64,000 bases of DNA. It comes from an uncultured Eubacteriales bacterium. Its GTDB lineage: Bacteria > Acidobacteriota > Aminicenantia > Aminicenantales > Saccharicenantaceae. The number at the start of each line of letters is the position of its first letter. The first letter of the stretch is position 1. Below the pieces are notes generated by a model. It searched no databases and was not told where the DNA came from. It saw only the letters and a program-made list of their open reading frames with translations. The position numbers were made by a program, and so were the translations under genes. Below, piece after piece: positions 44,440-56,774 of the stretch. The DNA lies in NCBI GenBank assembly GCA_964458655.1, contig CAYWJT010000001.1, positions 4,145-68,144 of the forward strand, in the 5' to 3' direction.

Positions 44440-44640
44440 GGATCGGGCTTGAACGCGAGCCCTCTCTTCCTCCCGAAGAGCGGTCACGGCGGGCTCGAAG
44501 AAGGTATCCTGGCTTCCGGATCGTCCTCCGCCCTCGCCTTCCAGCCGGCGGCCGTGGCGCGTTGAGGGCATCGTCCCCGGATACAGTAGCGGGGGCTGCG
44601 TCCGTCTTTAACGGACTTCCCTTCTTGTGAACCCGTCCAA
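44440..44640 (-). promoter_or_regulatory. Cobalamin (B12) riboswitch in the 5' leader of the TonB-dependent receptor gene
   Basis: The minus-strand reading is AAGAAGGGAAGUCCG...GCAGCCCCCGCUACUGUA...GCCACGGCCGCCGGCUGGAAGGCG...GGAAGCCAGGAUACC. This matches the conserved cobalamin-riboswitch blocks (GGGAA, GCNGCCCCCGCNACUGUA, GCCACNG, GGAAGGC, AGCCAGGANACC). Confidence 0.7.
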
Positions 44641-44687
44641 CATTATAGCCGCGGCCGGAGCGGGGTCAAGGGAAAACGGGGGAACCC

Positions 44688-44738
44688 GGGGACAGGCACC
44701 GACCAACGGCGGTTGGTATATGGTCAGTACCTGTCCCC
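44688..44738. repeat. 51-bp imperfect palindrome upstream of the riboswitch
   Basis: ggggacaggcaccgaccaac ggcg gttggtatatggtcagtacctgtcccc. The arms pair at about 16 of 18 positions. Confidence 0.5.
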
Positions 44739-45286
44739 AGTTTTTCCCATTTGCCCACACTTTTCGTCAAGAGCCGAGCCTGTATTAGAAGCACTGTGTG
44801 ACGGGGCTGAGCACCAGGCAAGCCTGATAGTATTCGGACGGGTCCGATAATCAAGCGATTAACACCTTCCTCTGCATCTGAACGAGACCACGGAATCGCC
44901 ATCCGGAAGAATAAGCCTGGTCGTTGCAGTGGCTTTATGGACGCGGTGTTGCGCGAAAACCGGAGACAAGCGGAAACCTGAGGCGATGCTCATGTTCCCG
45001 GCGCCCGCAACCGTAATTCACAAACCGAAAGGGGCGGGCCGAGGTGCCTGTCATAGCGGCCTGGGGTCGTCGGGCCCGCGCGGGGCTGTCAGGCCGGCCG
45101 GCGACCTGACAGCCCCGGACGGAATGAACCTGGAAAGGAGGAACAAGCGCCGTTCCCGTCTTCGGCGCAGAATGTCTTTTCGCTCACCTTGACCATTCGA
45201 AACTCGTCTATCTAATAATTGATAACAACGGAAGGCGGCGGAAGGTTGCAGGTCGCGCGGGAGCCTCGGAGCCGGTAGCCCGGCCG

Positions 45287-45314
45287 AAAAAAAGGGGCGG
45301 GACCCGCCCGCCCC
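45287..45314 (-). terminator. Rho-independent terminator on the minus strand with no annotated gene upstream of it
   Basis: On the minus strand: GGGGCGGG cgggu CCCGCCCC followed by UUUUUUU. Confidence 0.55.
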
Positions 45315-45820
45315 CTGTCCGAAGGAGGGATGACCGCATCTATGGTTAACGGCAGCCCGTTATGTTTTCGTCCGGCGACCGCGTCTCGCGCGGTCTCCAA
45401 TGAATGATACGAAAACGACGGCGGAAATGTTGCCGGCGGAAGCTTATTCAGGTTTCGAGAGTGATCGGGGCGCAGCGGCCGGCGCTCCTCGGGCAAGGCC
45501 CGGCCGCGGATGGAACCGCTCGGGCGCAAATGCAAGTTATTGATAATAAAAAAGAAAAGTGACAAGCAGGGGATTTTTCAGGGGGATTTCAATCAGGACT
45601 TATTTATATTACCACAAAACAAAAGATAAATCAACAATTTTCTTGGATTTTCCGCGAAATTCATTCCACGGGACTTTTAGGCCGGTTTTTTGACGCAGTT
45701 TTCGGGCCAAGCCGCGTGTTTGCGGCAGAAAGCAGGCCTTTTACGCTTACCTTGAAGCCGGAAATGTGCTATTTTCAGGCCGGAAGACCCGATGGACCCC
45801 GTTCAAACCGGAGGGAAAGC

Positions 45821-47227
45821 ATGGAAAAAGAGGCTTTCAGGCGCTTTGGGCATGAAATAATCGACTGGCTGGCCGATTATCTGGAAAACACAGAGCGATA
45901 CCGGATCGTGCCCGACCTCAAGCCGGGCGAGATCAAAACCAAGCTGCCGGCCGCGCCGCCCGCGGCCGGCGAACCCACGGAAGACGTGCTCCGGGATTTC
46001 CAAGAGATCATACTGCCGGGCGTCACTCACTGGCAGCACCCCGGCTGGTTCGCCTATTTCCCGGCCAACAACAGCCCAGCCTCCGTGCTCGGCGAGCTGC
46101 TGGCGGCCGGCCTCGGGGTCCAGGGCATGGTGTGGCAGACTTCGCCCGCGGCCGAAGAGCTCGAGGTCGTCGTCCTCGACTGGCTGAAGGCGATGCTCGG
46201 GCTGCCCGAAAGCATGGCCGGCGTCATCCAGGACACGGCCTCGACCGCGACCCTGTGCGCCCTGCTGAGCGCCCGGGAAAAGGCCACTTCCTTCAGGTCG
46301 AACGAGGAAGGCGTTGCGGCCGGCCTGACCGTGTATGCTTCGGAAGAGGCCCATTCGAGCGTCGAGAAAGGCGTCAAGATCGCGGGGCTTGGCCGCCGCA
46401 GCCTGCGCAAAGTCCCGGTCGACAAGCGTTACGCGCTCCTGCCGGACGAGCTTGAAAAGAGCATCCTGGCCGACCTCGAGGCCGGCCTCAAGCCCGCCTG
46501 TGTCGTGGCCACCGTGGGCACGACGTCATCGGGCGCGGTCGACCCGCTCAGGGAGATCGGCCGGGTCTGCCGCAAGCACGGCGTCTGGCTGCACGTCGAC
46601 GCGGCCTACGGCGGCACGGCCGCGGTGCTCGCCGAGAAGCGCTGGATATTGGACGGAATCGAGCTCGCCGATTCGTTCGTCTTCAACCCGCACAAGTGGA
46701 TGCTGACCAACTTCGACTGCTCGGCCTATTTCGTGCGGGACCCGGAAGCGCTGGTCAGGACGTTCGAGATACATCCGGAATACCTCAAGACGGGCGTCGA
46801 CTCCCAGGTGCGCAATTTCCGGGACTGGGGCATCCAGCTCGGCCGGCGCTTCCGCGCCCTGAAGCTCTGGTTCGTGCTGCGCGACTACGGCGTCTCCGGC
46901 ATCCAGGCCATGGTCCGGGAGCATGTAAGGCTGGCCGGCCTGTTCCAGGAATGGGTGGAAGCCGACCCGCGGTTCGAGCTAATGGCGCCGGTGGACCTGA
47001 GCCTGGTCTGCTTCCGTCTTAACGACGGCCGGAGCGACGAGGAATTGAACGTCCTCAACAGGGCCCTGCTCCAGGACATCAACGCCTCGGGCCGCGTTTT
47101 CCTGACGCACACGGCCCTGCGCGGACGATTCACGCTGCGCTTCGTGGTCGGGCAGAGGACCACGACGGAAAAGCACGTAAGCGAAGCCTGGCGGCTGATC
47201 AGGCAGGCGGCCGACAGGCTCGTTTGA
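45821..47227 (+). CDS. Group II PLP-dependent amino-acid decarboxylase (aromatic-L-amino-acid / tyrosine decarboxylase type)
   Basis: GGAGGGA RBS. HWQHPGWFAYFPANNS, VGTTSSGAVDP and SFVFNPHKWMLTNFDCS (PLP lysine) are classic DDC-family motifs. Confidence 0.8.
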   Translation: MEKEAFRRFGHEIIDWLADYLENTERYRIVPDLKPGEIKTKLPAAPPAAGEPTEDVLRDFQEIILPGVTHWQHPGWFAYFPANNSPASVLGELLAAGLGVQGMVWQTSPAAEELEVVVLDWLKAMLGLPESMAGVIQDTASTATLCALLSAREKATSFRSNEEGVAAGLTVYASEEAHSSVEKGVKIAGLGRRSLRKVPVDKRYALLPDELEKSILADLEAGLKPACVVATVGTTSSGAVDPLREIGRVCRKHGVWLHVDAAYGGTAAVLAEKRWILDGIELADSFVFNPHKWMLTNFDCSAYFVRDPEALVRTFEIHPEYLKTGVDSQVRNFRDWGIQLGRRFRALKLWFVLRDYGVSGIQAMVREHVRLAGLFQEWVEADPRFELMAPVDLSLVCFRLNDGRSDEELNVLNRALLQDINASGRVFLTHTALRGRFTLRFVVGQRTTTEKHVSEAWRLIRQAADRLV

Positions 47228-47239
47228 GGACGGCCCGGC

Positions 47240-49288
47240 CTATTGCCGGTTGAGGCTCCATCTGTAGACGCCATCCGGGTCGGCCAACCGGAAGTAAAGG
47301 CCCCAGCCGCCCGAGCCCTGGAGCACCTTGACCAGGACCTTGTTCCAGCCCTTCTTGAGCCTGACTTCGAAGCCGTCCTGGTCGGGATAGGCGCCGCGGT
47401 AGGCGGGATTGGTGTGGACGAGCTCGTCGTTGACCCAGACCCTCACTCCGTCGTCGCTCCCGAGCAGGCAGCGCGCCGTTCCGTCCTCCGGCGACTGGAC
47501 GTAAGCCAGGCAGTAGACGACGGCCTGCTCGTTGGGCGTGACGAGCCGGTCGAGCCGCAGGAAGCCGTCGTCGTCGGCCTTGACGGAGCGCCAGCCGACC
47601 TCGGCCTCGTTCGCTCCCTTGAACTTTTTCTTCAGGTCCGTGTCCGATTCCGGCGGATAGGCTGTGTAGAGGTCCTTCATGTCGGCCGCCGGGAAAGGCC
47701 CGATCAGGTTCCAGGCCTTGACGAAACGCCGGGCCGAAGGCGCGAGCGCGTAACCGACGAACTTGAGCTCCAGACCGGAAGCCCGGGCGTCCTTTCCGGC
47801 CGCCTGGAAAACGAGCTGGTTAGGCCCTGATGCGAGCAGGACATCCTTGAGGCTGACGACGGCTATATGGCTTTCCTTGTCGTAGCCTTCGAAGGTCCCC
47901 AGGACCTCGTAGGTTCTCTCCCCGCCGGCCGCGGCTTCGTCCGGGGCGGGCGCATGGCGTTCCCGGAGTATATGGAAGTTGCCGGAGTTGGGCGATTTGA
48001 GGAGGTAGAGGTTTACCGAGTAGAGGTCGCGCGCCTCGGCGGGGAAGTCCAGTGTCAGCCTTGTCCCTTCGGCGGCCCCTTCGCTGCTCAGCACGGGATA
48101 ACGTCTGGCGTCGGCGCCGTAATAGGGCAGGAGCGAATGGTTAAGGCGCAGGCCGCGGAACGAGCATTCGGCGGCCCTGTCCCTGTATACGACTCCGTCC
48201 GCGGACTCTTCGGCAAGGCGCCAGTCCGGGAAGACGAAGCCCTCGGGCGCTTCCATGGCGAAGGGCAAACGCCTGTCGGCGGCCGGGAATTTCGGGAAGG
48301 GGGCGTGCGGCTCGGTCTGGTACCAGAAGGCGACGGACGAAAGGTAGTCCGAACGGTCGTTGGCGTGGCCGTGCTCGATGGTCACGCGCAGGGATTTCTT
48401 GAAGGCGACCGGGTCGGGGACGTGGAAGCGGTAGACGGAAGCCTTGGAGCCCACCTGGAAATCCTCCTCCTGCAGCGGGCAGCCGTAGAAGAGATTGGAG
48501 GACTGGCGCATGCCCCAGGCGTCGCTGAAATAGTCCTCGCTGCCCGTGCCGTGGAGAGAGGGCGCCTCCTCGCCGTCGACGTAGATCATGTCGTCGCCTT
48601 CGCCCCACCAGCCCATCGTTCTCTGGAGCACGCTGAAAACGCAGCCGACGTAATGGCCCGAGCCCCTGGCGTCGAGGATGACGTAATTGCGGGCGTCGGT
48701 CACCGGGAAGGCCTGGTTGTACTGGGCGTGGAAGTAGGGCGCTTCGGGGCTGAGGTCCTCGAGCTCGCGGTAGTCGATGTAATAGTAGAAAGCGTCGACG
48801 GCGCGGCTGCCTTCATTGGTGACCGTGACCAGGCAGGACCAGCGGAAGGGCATGTACCAGTAACAGTTCCTGGCCCGCCCCTCGGAGGAGACGGCGACCG
48901 GCAGGCTGCTCACATCGCGGTTGAGGCCGTGTCCGACGCCGAAGAAATCGCCGAGCGGGGCCTCGACCGAGGGCGTGTCCTCTCCGTCCCAGTAGACGCG
49001 CAGGACGAGCTTGCGGCCGTAGAAGGCCTCCGCCGCGACCGTGACCCAGATGTGGTGGATGGCGGCCGGGCCGTTGAGCTCGGCCAGGACGGCCGTCTTG
49101 CCGGGCTCGATCCGGAGCGCGTCGCGGTTGCCGCCGCTCCGGTCGAAGGAAGAGACCCGCTTGCTCCGATAGCTCTGTTTGCCGGCCAGTTTCTCGAGCA
49201 GGTCCTGGGCCCGGAGCGCGGCGGCCGGGAGCAGGACCGCGGCCGCGAGCGCGGCGGCCAAAAAACAGCGGCCCGGGCGGCGGGTCAT
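47240..49288 (-). CDS. Secreted DUF2961/GH172-like protein (family assignment tentative) with about 250 extra C-terminal residues
   Basis: Signal MTRRPGRCFLAAALAAAVLLPAAALRAQ. Blocks such as MGWWGEGDDMIYVDGE and HGTGSEDYF recall DUF2961 proteins. Its ATG overlaps the ilvE stop (ATGA). Confidence 0.6.
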   Translation of the reverse strand: MTRRPGRCFLAAALAAAVLLPAAALRAQDLLEKLAGKQSYRSKRVSSFDRSGGNRDALRIEPGKTAVLAELNGPAAIHHIWVTVAAEAFYGRKLVLRVYWDGEDTPSVEAPLGDFFGVGHGLNRDVSSLPVAVSSEGRARNCYWYMPFRWSCLVTVTNEGSRAVDAFYYYIDYRELEDLSPEAPYFHAQYNQAFPVTDARNYVILDARGSGHYVGCVFSVLQRTMGWWGEGDDMIYVDGEEAPSLHGTGSEDYFSDAWGMRQSSNLFYGCPLQEEDFQVGSKASVYRFHVPDPVAFKKSLRVTIEHGHANDRSDYLSSVAFWYQTEPHAPFPKFPAADRRLPFAMEAPEGFVFPDWRLAEESADGVVYRDRAAECSFRGLRLNHSLLPYYGADARRYPVLSSEGAAEGTRLTLDFPAEARDLYSVNLYLLKSPNSGNFHILRERHAPAPDEAAAGGERTYEVLGTFEGYDKESHIAVVSLKDVLLASGPNQLVFQAAGKDARASGLELKFVGYALAPSARRFVKAWNLIGPFPAADMKDLYTAYPPESDTDLKKKFKGANEAEVGWRSVKADDDGFLRLDRLVTPNEQAVVYCLAYVQSPEDGTARCLLGSDDGVRVWVNDELVHTNPAYRGAYPDQDGFEVRLKKGWNKVLVKVLQGSGGWGLYFRLADPDGVYRWSLNRQ

Positions 49289-50250
49289 CGTTTGACGTAG
49301 GTCAGCCATTTCTCGTACTTGGGGTCCTTTCCGGCGACGATATCGCGGTAGGCCCGGCTGAGCTCGAGCGTCACCGGCCCGGGCACGCCGGCGCCCAGAG
49401 TGACCGCCTCCAGGCTCTGGCCGCGGATGGAGCCGTCGGTGACCTTGACGATGGGCGTGACCTCGACGGCCGTGCCGGAGAAAAAGGCCTCGTCCGCCGT
49501 CAGGAAGTCCTCCTTGCTGATGCGCCCGATCTCGACCCGGTAGCCGCGGTCCCGGGCGATCTCTATCAGGCTCGTCCTGGTTATGCCTTCCAGGATGGAT
49601 TCCTCGCCGCTGTTGGTGCGCAGGGTCTTGCCCTTGACGATGAAGATGTTCTCGCCCGGGCCTTCGGCCACCCGGCCTTCGAAATTGAGGAAGACCGCCT
49701 CGTCGGCGCCGTGCTCGCGGGCCTCGAGGCCGGAGATGGTCGACTGTATGTACAGGCCGCCGAGCTTGGCGCCCATGTGGAACTGGGTGTGGTGGACGCG
49801 CCTCCAGGGCACGATGTAGACGTGGGCGCCCCGGCCGGCGCTCTCGCCGAGATAGGCGCCCCATTCCCAGACCGCGATGAGCAGCTCGACCGGCGAGGCC
49901 TTGGGGATGAGCCCGAGGTTGCCGTAGGAATAGAAAAGCAGCGGCCTGATGTAGCAGGCCTGGACGCCGTTCTCGAGGATGGTTTCCCTGATGAACCGGG
50001 CTATCTCCTCCTTGCCGAAGGGCGGCTTCATCTTCACCGAGGAGGCCGAGAACATGAGGCGGTCGACGTGCTCCTGAAGCCTGAAGACCGCCGGGCCCTT
50101 TTTGGTGGCGTAGGCCCTGATGCCCTCGAAAACGGACGTCCCGTAGTGCAGGGCGTGGGTCGCAGGATGCAGGGCGGCGGCGTTCCAGCCGTAGAATTTG
50201 CCCATGTACCAGTATTTTTTGGCGCCCGGGAAATTAGTGTTGGGGAACAT
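49285..50250 (-). CDS. ilvE: Branched-chain amino acid aminotransferase
   Basis: AAAGGAG RBS. HALHYGTSVFEGIRAY and the rest are colinear with E. coli IlvE; 321 aa. Confidence 0.85.
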   Translation of the reverse strand: MFPNTNFPGAKKYWYMGKFYGWNAAALHPATHALHYGTSVFEGIRAYATKKGPAVFRLQEHVDRLMFSASSVKMKPPFGKEEIARFIRETILENGVQACYIRPLLFYSYGNLGLIPKASPVELLIAVWEWGAYLGESAGRGAHVYIVPWRRVHHTQFHMGAKLGGLYIQSTISGLEAREHGADEAVFLNFEGRVAEGPGENIFIVKGKTLRTNSGEESILEGITRTSLIEIARDRGYRVEIGRISKEDFLTADEAFFSGTAVEVTPIVKVTDGSIRGQSLEAVTLGAGVPGPVTLELSRAYRDIVAGKDPKYEKWLTYVKR

Positions 50251-50481
50251 GGATCGGCTCCTTTCCTGATGACTTGCGGGTTGGATAAAACTGATATGAA
50301 AAAGACACGGCGGGGCGCAGACCATCCCTTGCGGATTCCGGTCGGCCCTGCCAGCGCCGTTTGATGAAGATACGACCTCTTACTTAAGTTTCTATCCGGT
50401 CGAAACGGCTCGTAGGTTTAGAAATTAAATTATCACAATCCGGCCGCGGCAAGCAAGCGCAAATATGCTCGACGACGGGCC

Positions 50482-53547
<3,066 letters not shown>

Positions 53548-53578
53548 CGTCGTCTCCTCCAGCCGTGAGTCGTTTCTC

Positions 53579-54829
53579 TCACCTGGCTTTGGTCGGGGCG
53601 GCCTTGGCCGGGCCCTTCTGGCCGGCGCCGGCCTGCCCCGCGGTCAGCCTGTCCGGCAGTATGATGCCCATGCCGTCCTGGAGCAGGTGCTGTCCGAGGA
53701 CGACGACATAGCCCGATATGTCCGCCGGCTCCAGGACCTCGGCCTTCTCCCCCTCCACGATGCCCACCGTGACGGGCTTGAAAGCGGCCTTTTTCTCGTT
53801 GATGTCCGCTACGAAAACGCCCTGGAGGTTGTTCCTCTGGACGAGGGCGCTGAACGGAACCAACTTCGACCTTTCGCGCCGGGCGAACTCGATGGCTGCG
53901 TTCACGAACATGCCGGGCTTGAGCAAAGCCTCCTCGTTGTCGATGTCGATCTCGACCCGGGCCTGCCGGGAAGTTTCCTTGAGGAGAGGAGCGACCCTGG
54001 TGACCCGGCCGTGAAAGAGTTTGCCTGGGAAGACGCTGCTCGTCACCTGGACTTCCTGCTCGGGCTTGATGCGGAAATATTCCTTGTCCGTGGCGTGAAT
54101 GACCGCGGTGATGGGCTGGAGTTCGATGACGGATATGATGGGCGTGTTGGGAGAGAGCAGGGCTCCCTCGTCCACGAAGCGCTCGCCGACATGACGGACG
54201 TTGCCGCCCTTATCCCAGGTGGCCGCTATCCTGGTGTAGGAGAGACGGACCCGGGCGGCCTCGAGGGCGGCTTCCTTGTTGGAGACCTGGGCCGCCGCGA
54301 CCTTGTAGCGCGATTCCTGGGCGCTGTACTGCGCCCGCGAGGAATCCAGCTGGGCGTCGGACATGATGCCTTTCTGGTGCAGGCTCTGGGCCCGCTCGAA
54401 CTCCTTCTTGGAGAGCTCCACCGAGCTCTTGGCCTCTTCCAGGTTGGCCCGGGCCACGTTGAGGTCGGCCTCGGCCTGGATGACCTGCTGCTGGTATTCC
54501 TCGTCCTCGAGCTGGGCCACGAGCTGGCCGTTGCGCAGGCTGTCGCCGATGTCGACGTAGAGCTTCTTCAGCTTGCCGGACACCTTCGGCGCGATGACGA
54601 ACTGGGACTTGGGGATGAGCGTCCCGGAGAACAGCCCCAGGTCCCTGATCAGGCCTTCTTCGACGGGCGCCACTTCCACGGCCACCGTTCCGGCCCTCTG
54701 GCCGGACTGCTGGCTTTTTCCGGTCACAGTCCCGACGACCTTCCAAGCGACCGCGGCCAGCACGACGACCGACACCGCCAGCAAGACCTTGTTCTTTCCG
54801 CTGAGCTCGTTGAACTTCTTGATCCTCAT
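53579..54829 (-). CDS. RND efflux periplasmic adaptor (membrane fusion protein, AcrA/HlyD family)
   Basis: N-terminal anchor, coiled-coil hairpin, lipoyl/beta-barrel blocks. 31-bp gap to the RND gene. Confidence 0.8.
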   Translation of the reverse strand: MRIKKFNELSGKNKVLLAVSVVVLAAVAWKVVGTVTGKSQQSGQRAGTVAVEVAPVEEGLIRDLGLFSGTLIPKSQFVIAPKVSGKLKKLYVDIGDSLRNGQLVAQLEDEEYQQQVIQAEADLNVARANLEEAKSSVELSKKEFERAQSLHQKGIMSDAQLDSSRAQYSAQESRYKVAAAQVSNKEAALEAARVRLSYTRIAATWDKGGNVRHVGERFVDEGALLSPNTPIISVIELQPITAVIHATDKEYFRIKPEQEVQVTSSVFPGKLFHGRVTRVAPLLKETSRQARVEIDIDNEEALLKPGMFVNAAIEFARRERSKLVPFSALVQRNNLQGVFVADINEKKAAFKPVTVGIVEGEKAEVLEPADISGYVVVLGQHLLQDGMGIILPDRLTAGQAGAGQKGPAKAAPTKAR

Positions 54830-54857
54830 TTTTCCACGCTCTCTTCCGGTAATCGGC

Positions 54858-56465
54858 CTAATCCTCGACGATTACCTTGACGTTTTGACGCTCCCGGCCG
54901 ACGCCCAGCACTTTGTCCAGGTTGGCCAGGGAGACTTTATAGTCGATGAGGGCTTTGATCTCCAGGGTCTGGGCGTTGGCCAGGTCCCGCTGGTACTGGA
55001 GGACGAGGTAATTGGTGCTCATGCCGACCTTGAACTTCTCGAGCTCGGCCTCGAGCTTCTTCTGGGCCAGCTCGCGCGCGGCCCGGTAGGCTTGGGTCCT
55101 CTGGTAGTTCGTCTCCACGGCCCGGACGGCGTTGCCGAGCTCGAGCATGAGCTGCTGCTCCTGGTTCTTGATGCGCAGCTTGGCCTGCTCCAGGCCTATC
55201 CGGGCCTGGGTGTAGTAGGCCCGGGAAACCACGTTGCTGACCGGCAGGCTGACCGTTATCCCCAGGGCCGAGTTCTTGTAGCTGAAATTGAAGGCGTCCT
55301 TGAGGGCGTTGGCCCGGCTGCCGGGGATGGTGCCGACGACGATGCCCGAAAGGACGTTGTTGTCCTGGTAGAGGAGCTTGGTCCCGGATACGCCCGGGCT
55401 CCAGTAGGAAAGCTGCAGACGGACGTCGGGCAGGAGCTGGTTGCGGGCGTAGCTCATGGTGAACTGACGGTTCTTGAAGTCGACCCGCATGGCCGCCAGG
55501 TCGGGCCTGTTGAGCAGGGCCGTTTCCAGGGCCTGGTCGAAGTCCACCTCTTTCTTTTCGGCCGCGGGCGCGTCGGTGGGGACGATCCTGATGTTCTTGG
55601 CGTCCTCCGTCTCGGCGGCCAGGTTGATGACCGTCTTGACCAGCTCCTCGTTGTTCCTGACCAGGGCCTCGGCCTCGATGATCTCGGCCTGGCGCAGGCT
55701 GACCTCGGCCTCGGCCGTGAGCAGCTCTATCGGCGGCAGGGTGCCGGCCTCGATCTCGGCCCTGTTCTTCTCGAGCAGCTCCTGGGCCAGCTTCAGGGCC
55801 TGCCGGCGGACCTTGACGTTCTCGATGCTGTAGACCAGGTTCCAGTAGGCGCTCTCGACGCTGTAGATCGTGTCCTCGAGCAGCTTGTTGAAGTTCTCCT
55901 CGGAGGCGTCCCGGCTGTACTGCGCGACGATGATCTCGCGGCGGCTCGTCTTGAAACCGAAGTCCTTGAGCAGGGGCTGGCTGAAGTTGAAGCGCAGGGT
56001 GCTGCCAAGCCGTGGATTTATGGTCTGGAAGCTGCGGTTGGTCATGGTCCAGTAGTTGTAAAGGCTGGCCGTCAGGGAGCCGCCGGTCGGCAGGTTCTGG
56101 GCGAACTGGGTGGTGTTGTCCTTCTGGGAGGTGCTCACGACGTCCAGGGCGTCGAGGCCGGAGTAGGATACGGACTTGGTGTCCTGGTCGTTGTAGCTGA
56201 AGGTCAATGTGGGGTAGAACTTCTCGCCGGCCAGCGTGACGGCGGCGTCCATCAGTTGAGGGGTGAGCTTTTCGGCGGCCAGGCCGAGGTTGTTCCTGAG
56301 CGTCTTGACGATGCAGTCGTCAAGGGAAAGCTCCAGCCTTTTCCCCTCAACGGGCGGCTGCTGCGGTTGCTCCGCCCTTAGAAGCAGAACGGCGAAGCAA
56401 CCGGTCGCCAGGATCAGGCTCAGGCCGATGAATATCGCTCTCTTTTTCCTGTCTTGCCTTGCCAT
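54858..56465 (-). CDS. TolC-like outer-membrane efflux channel
   Basis: MARQDRKKRAIFIGLSLILATGC signal/lipobox. Two tandem alpha-helical/beta repeats typical of the OEP family. 28-bp gap to the adaptor gene. Confidence 0.75.
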   Translation of the reverse strand: MARQDRKKRAIFIGLSLILATGCFAVLLLRAEQPQQPPVEGKRLELSLDDCIVKTLRNNLGLAAEKLTPQLMDAAVTLAGEKFYPTLTFSYNDQDTKSVSYSGLDALDVVSTSQKDNTTQFAQNLPTGGSLTASLYNYWTMTNRSFQTINPRLGSTLRFNFSQPLLKDFGFKTSRREIIVAQYSRDASEENFNKLLEDTIYSVESAYWNLVYSIENVKVRRQALKLAQELLEKNRAEIEAGTLPPIELLTAEAEVSLRQAEIIEAEALVRNNEELVKTVINLAAETEDAKNIRIVPTDAPAAEKKEVDFDQALETALLNRPDLAAMRVDFKNRQFTMSYARNQLLPDVRLQLSYWSPGVSGTKLLYQDNNVLSGIVVGTIPGSRANALKDAFNFSYKNSALGITVSLPVSNVVSRAYYTQARIGLEQAKLRIKNQEQQLMLELGNAVRAVETNYQRTQAYRAARELAQKKLEAELEKFKVGMSTNYLVLQYQRDLANAQTLEIKALIDYKVSLANLDKVLGVGRERQNVKVIVED

Positions 56466-56774
56466 GCTGTTTCTCCAATTATCGTCTTGCCCGCCCGTCG
56501 CGGCCGAAACCGACGCGGGGTTCAAGACATAAAAATCCTCATCTTTTTGACGAATCCGGACGCTTTTTCTTCCTGCCGACCTATCTTATTTATTATAAGC
56601 ACATTAGAGCTGCGCGCGAACGGCTCCCGCCTGCCGGAGAACGGTCACAAGGCGCCTCGTCCGGATATTGCTCTGCGCGTCGTCATGAAGGGCCGGCGGA
56701 TCAGCGCCCGGTCCGGAGAATCAGTCCCCGACCGGTGCATTCTACGAGGGCGCTTGAAGTCGGCCTCGTTCGTT

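Noticed and set aside
45212-45565. 117-aa minus-strand ORF in the long non-coding gap
   Set aside because: The ORF runs straight through a strong intrinsic terminator hairpin and has no RBS. The region is more plausibly non-coding RNA or spacer.
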